Below, one piece after another: positions 25,311 to 39,570 of a stretch of DNA of 64,000 nt. Position 1 is the first letter of the stretch, and the number at the start of each line of letters is the position of its first letter. Origin of the DNA: Octopus vulgaris. Its lineage: Eukaryota. The notes under the pieces were generated by a model. That model had not been told where the DNA came from. It worked only from the letters and a program-made list of their open reading frames with translations, and ran no database searches. Made by a program: the position numbers and the translations under genes. Location of the stretch: contig OX597818.1 of the NCBI GenBank assembly GCA_951406725.2, positions 68,820,001 through 68,884,000 of the forward strand, in the 5' to 3' direction.

Positions 25311-25315
<5 letters not shown>
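24547..25315 (+). mobile_element. 5'-truncated RTE LINE
   Basis: SIGCGVQERHLRWYGHVLRMDEERCVKKCHSQTVEGIHGRGRPRKT (RTE ORF C-terminus), followed by 3' UTR and (GAT)n tail. Confidence 0.9.
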
Positions 25316-25409
<94 letters not shown>

Positions 25410-26189
25410 GTCATTTCAAGGATGTTGTGTCTTCATTAAGGATTAGTGAATCCAAAATTTCACTCGTTTAATCTCCATCACATTAGAAGAAAATCTCTAC
25501 AATGTGTTGTATTATTAATAATAAGGTAAGAGTTGAGGGTGTATAGTTAATATATTTGTATTGCAGTTTCAAGTTAAAATTTGAATACAAATAAATTTTA
25601 AACGTACAAAAAAAACTCAAAAGACCTACATACGTTTCGATTGTGGCCCCTTATTAATTTATAATTTAAAGCATTTGGGTCAAATCCAATGTTAAGTATT
25701 CATCATCATCATCATCGTTTTCCATACTGCCATGGGTTGGAAGGTTTGACTGAGGACTGGCAAGCCAGTAGGCTGCACCAGGCTCCAATCTGATCTGGCA
25801 ATGTTTCTACAGCTGGATGCCCTTCCGAATGCCAACCATTCCAAGAGTGTAGTGAGTGCTTAACATTGGATTTAACCCAAATGCTTTTTTATGTGCCACC
25901 AGCACAAGAGCCAGTTAGGTGAACCTGACAAGGTTATCATTTTAAACTGTATGGGGCATGATCTCTTGATGACCTCACAACTGTTAGTGTCACACAAAAC
26001 AAACACACCCGATGCATTCTGTAAAGTGGTGGGTGCAGGAAAGGGCAGCATCCACTCACAGTAACCATGCCAAAATAAAACAGCAGCACATGGTGCTGTC
26101 TTCTGACTTACCAAACCCTCTTTCAAACCATCCTAGCCATACGAGCATGGAAAATAGAGATTAAATGACGATGAAGATGAGGAGGAGGA

Positions 26190-26580
<391 letters not shown>

Positions 26581-27186
26581 AATATGTATATTATTGACAG
26601 AACTATATCAACTCCATAGGTCAAGTTGGGCCTACAAAGGTCATTGGTAATGACCTCTTGTCAGAAAACCATGAATGAGCAATCATTGGCATTTTCTGTG
26701 GAGCAGACACCATTTTATGGAATTAACCATTACTCCCCACTATTTTCAGATTCTCTTTGACTTGAGGTGCTAGTACCTGTTAAGGGCAGCAATTATGGGT
26801 CAAATTGAAGAAGGTCCTGTACTTAGGGGCCTACAGGATTAAGCTGAGGTCTGGCTTCTGACATTTATTCCAATGGTAGGGACATGCCCTTGTATTCCAT
26901 GAACCAGTGATCCTGTCTAAGGTTTAAAAGTAGGCCCTGCGTCCCAATAGTAACTGTATAAGCAGGTGACTAGCAGGGTAAACTGCACTTTTGTATGTTG
27001 ACCAAGAAATATTGGGAATACCCAGACTTTGGTATGAAGGTCTGTGATTGCTGCTGTCTGTTATACAGGTGTGGCACATGAAGAGGAGAGATTCCAGAAG
27101 TATATTCAAGGAAACACACATTCTTTCAATGTAAGACAAAAAAGAACAAAAGAAAAATGTTAAACAAATCTTGTTTCTACTAAAAT

Positions 27187-27229
<43 letters not shown>

Positions 27230-27684
27230 CAGACGGATAGACAGAGAGGGGAAGAAGAAATCAATACTTTGAACAATTTCTGTAATTTATTGAAAATTCT
27301 TGGAAAAAAGAGAATTGCTAAGAAACGAACATACGAAGAATAAAAACAAATTGCAGATGGAGTGTGGCGTAAAAGAAGACGAGAAAGAAAGAAAGAAAGA
27401 AAGAAAAAAAAAATCAGATTCGTAGAATCAGAGCAAAATAATAATACATTTGGATTTAGATTTTCTAAATAAATAGTACGGATTCACCAGAATAATGTAT
27501 TCTTCATTGGTTTTTGTCTTTTATTTTTTCTGACTTTTCCTTCAAGTCAGATATCACAAAGACTGCTAATCAGCATTAATTCCAATAAAGCTTCAGACCG
27601 AAAACTCGAATACATTAAATTCAATTTTACAAGATTACTGCTGACACAGAAATTTCAAGCATTTTTGTCAATCAATCTCATTGA

Positions 27685-27789
<105 letters not shown>

Positions 27790-27796
27790 GAAGAAG

Positions 27797-28020
27797 AAGG
27801 CGGTGAGCTGGCAGAGTCATTAGCATGCTGGGGAAAATGATTCGTGGTGTTTTGTCTGTCTTTCTGTTCTGGGTTCAAACTCTACTGAAGTTGTCTTTGC
27901 ATTTTATCCTTCTGGGAGCAATAAATTCAGTACCAGTCATGTACTGGGGTTGATCTAATCGACTGGCTCCCTTCCCCAAAATTTCAGGCCTTGTGCCTAG
28001 AGTAGAAAAGATTATTATTA
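27797..28020 (+). mobile_element. Family B SINE
   Basis: AAGGCGGTGAGCTGGCAGAG head, GGGTTCAAACTC B box, tail CAGGCCTTGTGCCTAGAGTAGAAAAGATT. Confidence 0.8.
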
Positions 28021-28633
28021 TGAAGGTAATGAGATGGAACACACACACACACATCACACCACATGCACACACACACCACACACATGCACACACACACACA
28101 CACACACACATCACACCACATGCACACACATGCACACACACCACACACACACCACACACATACACACACACATCATACCACATGCGCACACATGCACACA
28201 CACCACACACATACACACCACACACATACACACACACACATACACACACATACACACACACACATGTTGGAATAGTAGATCTTGAAGCAGATTATAAAGT
28301 TATGAATATCAGCATGTAAACATTGGGCTGAGAAACCCTATTGTCTAGAAGAAGCCTTTGGGACACGAATCAGCATCCCTTGCCATTATCTTTGGCTTTA
28401 TCTTCTACGTTGTGATCTGCTATTCCCAAAAAAGAACCGTTTAATCTTCTCTAAAAATTCATGAATTCTAATGATGTCAATAATATAGATAAATAGATAG
28501 ATAGATGGATAGACAGATTCACACACACACACACACACTCACGCACACTTACACATGCACACTCTCTCTCTCATACACACTCACACATATATATGCATTT
28601 GTATTTGTATACATACATATATATCTTTAAGTA

Positions 28634-28822
28634 TCATCATCATCATCATCATCATCATCGTTTAACGTCCGTTCTCCATGCTAGCATGGGTTGGACGGTT
28701 CGACCGGGGATCTGGGAAGCCAGAAGGCTGCGCCAGGTCTTATCTGGCAATGTTTCTACAGCTGGATGCCCTTCCTAACGCCAACCACTCCGTGAGTGTA
28801 GTGGGTGCTTTTTACGTGCCAC
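28634..28822 (-). mobile_element. RTE LINE 3'-end fragment
   Basis: Near-identical to the reverse complement of 59435-59615. Confidence 0.85.
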
Positions 28823-28928
28823 CTAACCATAAAAAGTCAGGTTGTATGAGAGGTGAATGTATCTATTTAACCACCTGATATCTTTAAGATTATGTTTTGC
28901 AGCCTTCATTATGTAATAATTATTTCAA

Positions 28929-29180
28929 TGTTTCATAAATTATTTCACATGCCTGCACCAACATGCATGCAGAGCATTGCACAATAACAATCGTAAACTT
29001 ACAAATCAATGCAGATATAGAAGGCCAGCTCATCAGATCTGAAGCACTGATGTAACCATGATATTTTGGTGATCTGATGAGCTAGATTTCTTTGTTTGCT
29101 CTGAATTGTAAATCTATAATTGTATTGTATAATGTGTAGCATGAATATTGGTGCAGACAGTCAAAATAATTTATTATACA
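28929..29180. repeat. Long imperfect foldback (two ~110-bp inverted arms, 31-nt loop)
   Basis: TAAATTATTT..CTGCACCAA..CATGC..AGCTCATCAGATC / GATCTGATGAGCT..GCATG..TTGGTGCAG..AAATAATTTA. Confidence 0.8.
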
Positions 29181-29256
29181 CTGAAATTGTTATTACATGA
29201 TGAATACACTTTTATACATATCCTGCCTTTTTATAATACTCTTTACTCTTTACGCT

Positions 29257-29660
29257 TTTACTTGCTTCAGTCATTTGACTGTGGCCATGCTGGGGCACCA
29301 CCTTTAGTCAAGCAAATCGACCCCAGGACTTATTCTTTGTAAGCCTAGTACGTATTCTATCGATCTCTTTTGCCGAACAGGGGATGTAAACACACAGTTA
29401 CGGGGGATGTAAACACACCTCCATTGGTTGACAAACACAGACACACAAACGCGCACACACACACTCACACACACACACACACACATGCACACACACACAC
29501 ATATACAACAGGCTTCTTTCAGTTTCCATCTACCAAATCCACTCACAAGGCTATGGTCGGCCCGAGGCTATAGTAGAAGACACTTGCCCAAAGTGCTATG
29601 CAGTGGGACTGAACCCAGAACCATGTGATTGGTAAGCAAGCTACTTACCACACAGCCACA
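29257..29660 (-). mobile_element. Family A SINE
   Basis: Reverse complement of 57003-57406. Confidence 0.85.
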
Positions 29661-29963
29661 CACACTTCATAAAATAATTTCATCAACTGGCTTTCCTGGA
29701 TTTCAGCTGCATAGAACTCTATATTATACTCCACCAAGTTAAATTATTATGTGGTATGGTAGCCGGGTCCATCAGAGGAGCTTTCTGTGATAACCACACG
29801 ATTCAAGAAATTTATATATTGTACTACAAATTCATGTGTATGTATGTATGTATGTATGTATGTATGTATGTATGTATGTATGTATGCATATACACTTAGT
29901 AGTGCTTAAAAGATTTAAACTTGACTAGGTATAGAAGTAAATGTAGGGATAAGCAAGATAGAC

Positions 29964-30289
29964 AGATCAATAACTGGCATTCTGTTGGTTACGATGACGA
30001 GGGTTCCAGTTGATCTGACTAATGGAACAGCCTGCTCATGAAACTAACATGCAGGTGGTTGAGTACTCCGTGCACCCATAACTTAGTTCTGAGGGAGCTT
30101 CAGCATGACACAGAGTCTGAAGAGGCTGGCCCCTTTGAATTACTGGTACTACTCATTTTTGCCAGCTGAATGGATTGGAGCAATGGGAAATAAAGAGTCT
30201 TGCTCAAGGACACAATCCCTCACTGGGAATTGAACTCACAGCCTTATGATCATGAGCTGAATACCCTAAGCACTAAGCCATGGGCCTTT
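29964..30289 (-). mobile_element. Family C SINE
   Basis: Reverse complement of 8018-8336. Confidence 0.75.
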
Positions 30290-30712
30290 CAATATATAAA
30301 GCATATCAAATATGTGAAATGCAAGAAATGTATAAATGTTTAGATACGAAAAGGTCCACCTTGCACAGAATACAAACGATGGAGAGAATTAAAGAAGTAG
30401 AAGCAAAGCATTACAAGTTCAACAGCTTTTTATGTATTTATGTATACACATACACAAATATATGCTTGTGTCTATATAAATGAGTGTGTGTTTATTTGTA
30501 AATTCTCATATGCTGCCTTCCATTTAATCTACAACTCTGCCACTGTCGATGTAAGGGATTCTTCTTTTCATAACATCCTTCTGCCAGTCTTCCACTAGTT
30601 CCACCTGATTCTCTGCTTCTCTGTAACTCACTCTTTCTTCCAAACTCTACATCAAACTTTACAATAAATCTTCTATTCCAACCCAATATTCCAATATATA
30701 TATATATATATA

Positions 30713-30900
30713 TGTGGACCGTTAGCTCCTACACGCATTTTTTTCTCTCCTTGTTTCTTTTCTGTGTATCTTTCTGTCGAAGAGCGTAGGCTCGAAACGT
30801 AAAAGACTTGTTCTATTTCTATTCCTGAGCCATACTAATACATTTGTTTGTTTGTACTCCACCTGCCTTCGTCTTTTGTTTATTTTCGTAAACCTTCCCG

Positions 30901-30903
<3 letters not shown>
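30713..30903 (+). mobile_element. ~190-bp hammerhead-bearing repeat embedded in (TA)n (Penelope-like terminal fragment)
   Basis: Flanked on both sides by (TA)n; 3' half recurs inverted at 13213-13316; contains hammerhead fold at 30769-30806. Confidence 0.65.
30769..30806 (+). ncRNA. Minimal type I hammerhead ribozyme-like motif
   Basis: TCTTT-CTGTCGA-A-GAGC-GTAG-GCTC-GAAAC-GTA-AAAGA: perfect stems I and II, GUA cleavage triplet, one core deviation (A6U). Confidence 0.6.
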
Positions 30904-30947
<44 letters not shown>

Positions 30948-31087
30948 TAGGAAGGGCATCCAGTTGTAGAAACTCTGCCAGATCAAGATTGGAGTCTGGT
31001 GCAGCCATCTGGTTCGCCGGTCCTCAGTCAAATTGTCCAACTCATGTTAGCATGGAAAGTGGACGTTAAATGACGATGATGATGATG

Positions 31088-31133
<46 letters not shown>

Positions 31134-31374
31134 AAAAAATATATAGAAACAAAAATACAAAATGAGACAAGAACGCAAAACACTCAAATAGACGACACAA
31201 AAATGGACGGGTCATTCGAAGCCTCTAATCTTCAGTCAAGAACCGGATCGTCCTTGCAATTTCGGCTGATTAATCTTGAGATCGCTCCGATCCAGCCAGC
31301 CCCAAGGAAAAACTAAGCTACGAGCATTAGATTTCTTGGAAAAAGGATCGAATGTATACGAAACAAGGACAGAA

Positions 31375-31661
31375 AAGCACCATCCAAACGTAGCCAATGC
31401 CAGTACCCCCTGACTGGCTCTTGTACTGGTGGCATGTTAAAAGCACTATCCGAATGTGATTGATGCCAGGGCTGCCTGACTGGCTCCTGTGTTGGTGACA
31501 TGTAAAAAGCTCCCACTACACTCTTGGAGAGGTTGGTGTTAGGAAGGGCATCCAGCTGCAGAAACATTGCCAGATCAGATTGGAGCCTGGTGCATCCACT
31601 GGCTCTCCAGACCTCAGTTAAACTGGCCAACCCATGGCAGCATGGAAAAGGGACGTTAAAA

Positions 31662-31700
<39 letters not shown>

Positions 31701-31720
31701 AATGATGATGATGATGATGA
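31375..31720 (+). mobile_element. RTE LINE 3' UTR fragment with (GAT)n tail
   Basis: Two copies of the 67-bp unit plus GGAAGGGCATCCAGCTG..GGACGTTAAAAGATGATG. Confidence 0.8.
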
Positions 31721-31904
31721 ATAATCAATGATGGCAAACTCTTATCTTTGGGACTCTGTGGTAAGATTGAACTGAGAACCATGCGGTTGTGAATCAATCT
31801 TCTTAACCCCGCAGCCATACACTGAACATGTCTTTTATCTTTTATCTTTTATATGTTTCAGGCATTAGAATGTGGCCAAGCTGGGGAGAACATGATCATG
31901 AAAT

Positions 31905-32681
31905 CTAGCATGCATCAACGTTCTGGTTGTGTTTGTCTTATGAGATGGTACAGTATCTTGATGGAAGACTTTGTGCCTTCTGTCCAGGACCTCATAGCTT
32001 TCTCCAACAGACCTGTGTAGACAGCAGCATTAACTCTTAAGCTCTTTGAAAAAAAGTGGGGAAGCATAACCACTCCCACATTGCTAATAACTCCCTGAAC
32101 TGTCACAGTTATTTGGAACTTAGTATGCGTGACCATTGAAACCTGATTCAGGTCTAAACCATCTGCTGCTCCTTCAGTTTACCTTTTGGTCCTGATCAAA
32201 GTTTTTCTCATCAGAGAAAAACCGAAACATTCCATCCCCTTGGTGTTTTAACTGGCTTAGCAAGTACATTGCATGGATTGAACAATTCTCTTGTGTCATG
32301 TCTCACATAAACTAACCCCCATCTCTACCCATACGACTTGCATGTCCTCAGGCACAACTTTTCTGAGGCTGCATTCTGTACAAAGTTATGTGTTTTGATG
32401 GCGTTAGGTTCCCTGTGAATGTTCTTTGCACTTAGCTGCTGATGCTGGGTCCCTGTCAGCAGCTTCCAGCTCCTTTCAGACTTTGTCAAAAACGGATCTA
32501 GCAACTGTCAGGAAGTGAACCATCTCCTGCATCACCATGCTGTGCTTTTCAGGCAATGGTCACAGCCTGCCTTTTCATTTGGTGAGTCAACCTGATGTCT
32601 GACATTATGTATCTGAAAAGAAAGGTTAAAAAATGAGTCAGAAGAAGGTTAGCGCTCTTGAAAAAACACTGAGCCACCCTG
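31905..32681 (-). mobile_element. Decayed Tc1/mariner (maT/DD37D-like) transposon, 3'-truncated
   Basis: Minus-strand translation FFSDEKNFDQDQKVN...HTKFQITVTVQGVISNVGVVMLPHFFSKSLRVNAAVY...VFHQDTVPSHK; terminus TA-CAGGGTGGCTC at 32683-32671. Confidence 0.8.
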
Positions 32682-33719
32682 TATCTGGTGCTTCACATCA
32701 AGTGGGGGTGAAACTCAAAACAACAATGGAGTATTATAGCCACAACTTCTCAGCCTGTAAATGCAACAAAAAAGAACATAAGCATTGTGTGACTAAGATA
32801 CAACAGGCAGAAAATAAATGACTAAATCAAAGAAACAAAAATATGTTTTAGTGTTCTCATAAGAATTTCTAGACACTTAACTCGTACAGACTGTCTACTA
32901 ATAAAAAATCATAGGTAAAAAGCAATTAAAAATAGCTTCATTTTTATCAGCAAACCGACAACATCATTTTTGTTAGTAAATCAAACTTAACAATTTTGTT
33001 ATCTTGATTTACAGGTCTACTAATATTTCTTTTAATGAAATAAAGTTTATTTCTAGACTAACTGGAATTCAATCCCAATGGGACAGACTCTTGTTTCTGG
33101 CCAAGAAGCAGACTATTGTTTTTATCTGCCACTTTTGCTGCTGCCCTGATGGCCTCTGTTTTCAAAGCTGTCTGCTCTTCGACCTCCATGAGTCAGGCAC
33201 CTCAGAAAATCTCATGATGGCATCAGACTTAATAGTCTTAGATACCTTGCAAAATCTGAAGCAATGACCCTTCTTTCAGATTCAATAATTAAGACAAAAA
33301 AACAGAAGCGAACACAAAAAAAAAAATACCCTTTTCACCTGAAATATGCTGTATGTGCCAAACACAAGGTCTGCATGGTGTTGCTCAACATAGCAGCCAG
33401 TTCTCCCTGAAATTACATCTCAAACTAATTAGGATACAATGGACAAGTGAAGGCACGTGGCCTAGTGGTTAGTATGTTGCACTGCAGATTACTAGACCAT
33501 AAGTTCAATTCATGGGTTAAGCAGTGCCTTGTGTTCTTCAGTAAAACACCTGAACACATCTTTTACTAGGGGGAAAAAGGGCAACTGAATAAGTGCTGGG
33601 CTCAAAACATAATATTAATGATAATTGTTTCTACTATAGGCACAAGGCCTGCAAGTTTGGGGGAAGAAGCCAGTCTATTTGATCAACCCCAGTTTGCAAC
33701 TGGTACTTGATTTATTGAC

Positions 33720-34642
33720 CTCGCTCAGAGTGAAAGGTAGAGTGTATGATGCATGTGTGCAAACTGCCATGCTACATGGCAGTTAAACATGGACTGTGAC
33801 TGCTGAAGGAATGCATGAGCTTGAAAGAAATGAAGCTATCATGATCCGCTGGATGTGTAAGGTTGGTGTGCACGACAGAGTGTAAGCGTCCTGAGAGAAA
33901 TGTTGGACATAAGAAGCATCAGATGTAGTGTGCAAGAGAGACGACTGCACTGGTATGGGTGAGGAGAGTTGTGTGAAGAAGTGTCACTCCCGAGCAGTGG
34001 AAGGAACATGTGGAAGAGGGTGACCCAAGAAGACATGATATGAGGTGGTGAAGCATGACCTTTGAACGTTGGGCCTCTCAGAGGCAATGATTAAAGACCA
34101 AGACCTCTGGAGATATGCTGTGAATGAGAAGACCCAGTATGTAAAGTGAGATCACAGCCATAGCCTATACCAGTGTCACATAACCAGCCCATTTAAAAAG
34201 TATCTTTGAATCCTCAGGTGACACACCATGCTTGAGGAGACCTATTGAGTCAAATAAAATCGAAATCAAAATCAAAATCAAAAATCAAATCACGATCAAA
34301 TGGAAATTGTAGCCTGACTGGCTCTTGTGCAGTAAACAACATTCATGCGTAGGTCCTTTCCAGTGCTGCCTGACTAGCTCGCCAAGCCTGTGGCCCATAG
34401 AAAGCACCATCCAAACATGGTCAATGGCAGCCACCCTGCCCTGTCTGGCTCCTGTGCTGGCAGCATGTAAAAAGTACCCACTACACTCTCGGAGTGACTG
34501 ACATTAGGAAGGGCATGCAGCTGTAGAAACATTGCCAAATCAGATTGGAGCCTCGTGAGGCCTCCTGGCTTGCCAGTCCCCAGTCAAACCGTCCAACCCA
34601 TGCTAGTATGTCAAAAGGACGTTAAATGATGATGATGATGAT
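33720..34642 (+). mobile_element. Decayed 5'-truncated RTE LINE
   Basis: Aligns to 58668-59615 (CTCGCTCAGAGTGAAAGGTAGA..GTGCAAGAGAGACGACTGCACTGGTATGG..(GAT)n), with stops and indels. Confidence 0.85.
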
Positions 34643-34827
34643 ATATATATATATATATAGGCACAGGAGTGGCTGTGTGGTAAGTAGCTTGCTTACCAAC
34701 TACATGGTTCTGGGTTCAGTCCCACTGTGTCAAGTGTCTTTTACCATAGCCTGAGGCCAACCAAAGACTTGTGAGTGGATTTGGTAGACGGAAACTGAAA
34801 GAAACCCATTGTAATATATCTATATAT

Positions 34828-34895
<68 letters not shown>

Positions 34896-36637
34896 TAGAT
34901 AGATGGATAGATAGATAATAGATAGATATTTATATGTATCCAATGCCCCAGCATGGCCACAGTCTAATGACTAAAACAAATAAAAGATAATGTATATGAC
35001 TCCCAGCCCCACTCATACACACATATTAGCTTGCACACTGTCTCTTTTTATCATCAACCAAATTTCTTAACCTGATAGCCATTAGTTATATTTCTTTCAC
35101 CTTATCCACCCTTATGGTAAACCTATCGACCTCTTATGCAGATATGTAATGTCAAACCTACAGCAGATGGTGAAGTAATATCATGTGACATTCAAGCCTC
35201 TCTCTCTCTCTCTCTCTCTCGGTCTTTTGTAAAATAAATGAGATGAAATTGCTCTGTTGCCAGAACTGAAATCCTGCCAGGTCTCTCTATTCACTGGAAC
35301 TATAGATCCAATCAAAAATGCTGATCATTAGAGCAGATATATTAAACATCATTGCATGTTTGACAGAGAGATAATTCCGTTTTTTTTTTTTTCTTTACCA
35401 CACAACGGAATTCCTGGGAAGGAACATTAAATATTAAATTCTAAAATTATAAATAAGGCATGAGACCAATCGGTGAGATTGGGTTGTAGAGATGGCCAAA
35501 TGAAAGCACAATCTGTTATGTTTAATTGATAGGGTTCGATTAGATATGAGGAGAAAGAAGAAAATGTCAAGGGCAAACATGAGATGGATTTGAACCCAGA
35601 GCAATAAGATTAAAGAGTGCAGCACTGTTCACTCCACATTTTATTGGTTTAGTCATCGTCATTGCATTAAAATTTAAAATCTAAAATCAGAGTAGATCTA
35701 CTTAACTATGTACCAACATAACTCTATCTCACATTCTCTCTTTCTTACACACACACAAAGATACATATATATATTTACATGTATGTACCCATATATAAAC
35801 ACATGTGTGTAGGTGTGTGTATATATATATATACGCATACATACATACACACATATACATGAACATACACACATATCTGTATATATGTATAAATATATAT
35901 AAATGTAGGGTGACAGAGATTATGAGAGAGAAAGGGAGGAGAGAGAGAGAGAAAGGGAGAGAGAGAGAGAGAGATAGAGAGAGAGAAACAGAAATAACAA
36001 GAGTTTAAGGTCTGAAATAATAACAATAATAATAATAATTACAGAGGGGGGTGGGTAGAATTTTGTTGCATTGTTGACAAATTCTCAAACAAATTCTTAA
36101 TCTCATTCCTAGAATATATTTTGGCACAAGATTAATCTGACTTTCAATGGAATTGCCAATTATTATGCTGTCTCTCATCTTGTTTTGTACTTTCAGTTTC
36201 TTTTTTATTCTTTCCATTTCTTCTTATTTTAATTCATCTTTCTATATACATACATACATATTTATATACATATATGTTTATATTTTTTTAAAATTTCCTT
36301 TATACTTATATATATATATATATATTTTTTATTTTTGTTCAATTTGATTTGGTTTCAAGTTGATATGAATCCACTGATACGGAGATATTTTTATTTAATA
36401 TTAGAAGTTATTGAGAAAAATCTACTGATATATAACAAGTGTCTTTGGGGAAAAACTTTTCCACAGTCTAGTTATAATACACTACAGCAGAATACCTACT
36501 ATTCTTGGTTTATGTAAATCTTTTAATAGATTAAAAATCAATGATTTCTTGTTTGAAAAGTAGAGTACCAATTCAATTAGATTTCTATGTTTTCTATTCA
36601 TCTCGTTTAGATATTGAAATATATTGTATATATCATG

Positions 36638-37060
<423 letters not shown>

Positions 37061-37861
37061 TATTGTAGGCCAAAATATTCGGGTAGAAATATGAAGGCAT
37101 AACTTTTGACATTTGGCTATTCCTATAGTTTGCATTTGAGGAAACTCTCCGTAAATGTAATGAAATCTATATATATATATATATATATATATTCCTCGCT
37201 TGTTGTTGTTGTTGTTGTTGTTGTTGCTGCTGCTGTTGTTGACGCTGCTGCTGATGTTGCTGTTGCTGTTGTTGTTGCTGCTGCTGCTGTTGTTGTTGTT
37301 GTTGTTGTTGTTGCTGTTGATTTTGTGGCTATCGTCATCATCATCAGCAGCACTGTTGCTTTTGTTATTCCTGGAATTGTTGTTGTTATTACTATTATTA
37401 CCATTACTACAACTACTACTACTACTACTACTACTACTACAACTACTACTACTACTACTACTCTACTACCATTATTATTATTGTTATCATTATTATTATC
37501 ATTATTATTATTATTATTATTGTTATTCTTATTACTACTACTACTATTTTACTATTATTATCATTATTATTATTATCGTTAATATTATTTTGATCATCAT
37601 TATTATAGTCATCATCCTTAATATTATCATTATTACCATTATTATTATTGTTATTATTTTTAATGACTTTGTTATAATTAGTTATTTTTAATCACCATTG
37701 TTAATGTTATTGTTATTAGTATTGCTAAGGATAATGATGGTAATCACCTTATCATAGCCACAATCACCATCACCATCATCATCATCACCAATATCATCAT
37801 CATCATCGTCATCGTCGTCGTCGTCATCATCATCATCATCACCATCATCATCGTCATCATT

Positions 37862-37933
<72 letters not shown>

Positions 37934-38013
37934 TATTAATATTATTAGCAATAATATTGCTAATAATATTACCTGTCAAACCCATGCCAGCATGGCATAC
38001 GGATGTCAAATGA

Positions 38014-38044
<31 letters not shown>

Positions 38045-39070
38045 ATTACAAGTGCCTCTATTGCCACTGCCAGCTCCACTCCCCCCCCCTGCCACACTCC
38101 ATTGCTCCACAATCATTCCCATCATCACCACTTTCATATTTATTACTGATGCAATATTCTCCGCTGCTGTTCATTTTCTTCCCATTTTCCTTTCCTTCTC
38201 TCTCTCTCTCTCTCTCTCTCTTATTATTTCTTTCCTCTGTTTTTCTTTTAACTGTTTCTTTTCTTCTTCTTCTTCTTCTTCTATTTTTTCGTTCATTTCT
38301 TTACTTTTTCATAATGTCTGTTTAAGCAATAAATATACCACAGTAGTTTCACAATATGATATTGAAATAATTTCAATACCATGTAATTTAGACCGTATTG
38401 CTTCCATTTAAATACATTTCAAGCTATATCTCTGGCATTACGGCGCTTCACTAATAAAAGGAAAGAAAGAAACAAACAAACAAACAAATAAATAAATATA
38501 TAAATAAAAACAAAATCAAGAAACAACAACAACAACAACAACAACAAAACCACGTACAAATTCTTAGCTTTTCTGTTAGGTTCTGTTTACAGTCGGCATT
38601 GGCAATCGTTGATATGAGAGCTTCTGCTAACTGAATTGATAAGCTTGTAGTAGTTTATAGGCCAGATTTTAATGGCTTGTACCACGTTCTCAATAGTATG
38701 GAATATTCTAGGCAAAGACATTTCAATTTCAATGACTTAGTCTGTTTCGTTGGAAATGGCTTCCACGAGGAGATACAATTTAATGCAGTAAACGGTAAGA
38801 GCATTGTGAGATGCTACACTAAATCCAGTGCTTCATGTTAACACCGTCAACAAGCTCTTTGAGTACTTAAAGCAGAGTTCATTTGGTTGAACGCTTACGA
38901 TCTCGATCTTTGAGGAGACTGAGTAAGAGTTGGGATGAAGTGCTGCAGAAAAGATGACGAGGAGTCTTCTGGATTGGCAATTTGCGGGAGTGAATCCAGC
39001 TGCCTGTTCACCGACGCTTTGTGAAACAAACGCTTAAATTTATATGCTTTTCTTTGTATGTGTGGGTGTC

Positions 39071-39107
<37 letters not shown>

Positions 39108-39121
39108 ATAACTTTTAAGTT

Positions 39122-39159
39122 ATCGTCATCATCACTACCACCACCACCATCATCATCAC

Positions 39160-39195
<36 letters not shown>

Positions 39196-39525
39196 CACCA
39201 TCATCATCATCATCACCACGGCTAAATCCAACACCACCACCACCACCACCACCACCATCATCACCATCATCATCATCATCATCATCATCACCATCATTAT
39301 CATCATCATCATCATCACCACTATCTTCCTCACCACTACCACCACCATCACCACCACCACCACCACCACCATCATCACCATCATCATCATCATCACCATC
39401 ATTATCATCATCATCATCATCACCACTATCTTCCTCACCACTACCACCACCATCACCACCACCACCACCACCACCACCACCATCATCATCATCACCATCA
39501 TAATCATCATCATCATCACCATCAT

Positions 39526-39560
<35 letters not shown>

Positions 39561-39570
39561 ACATCATCAT
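39122..39570. repeat. (CAT/CAC)n microsatellite with ~100-bp higher-order duplication
   Basis: Variant block CACTATCTTCCTCACCACTACC occurs twice (~39318 and ~39424). Confidence 0.85.

Noticed and set aside
31200-31275. Permuted hammerhead on the minus strand (GCCGAAATTG...CGATC...CTGAAGA)
   Set aside because: Stem I cannot be formed convincingly and stem II needs a 5-nt insertion; probably a repeat fragment, unresolved.
33058-33189. 43-aa minus-strand ORF MEVEEQTALKTEAIRAAAKVADK...
   Set aside because: Short, no splice signals and no recognisable family; possibly a decayed retroelement remnant.
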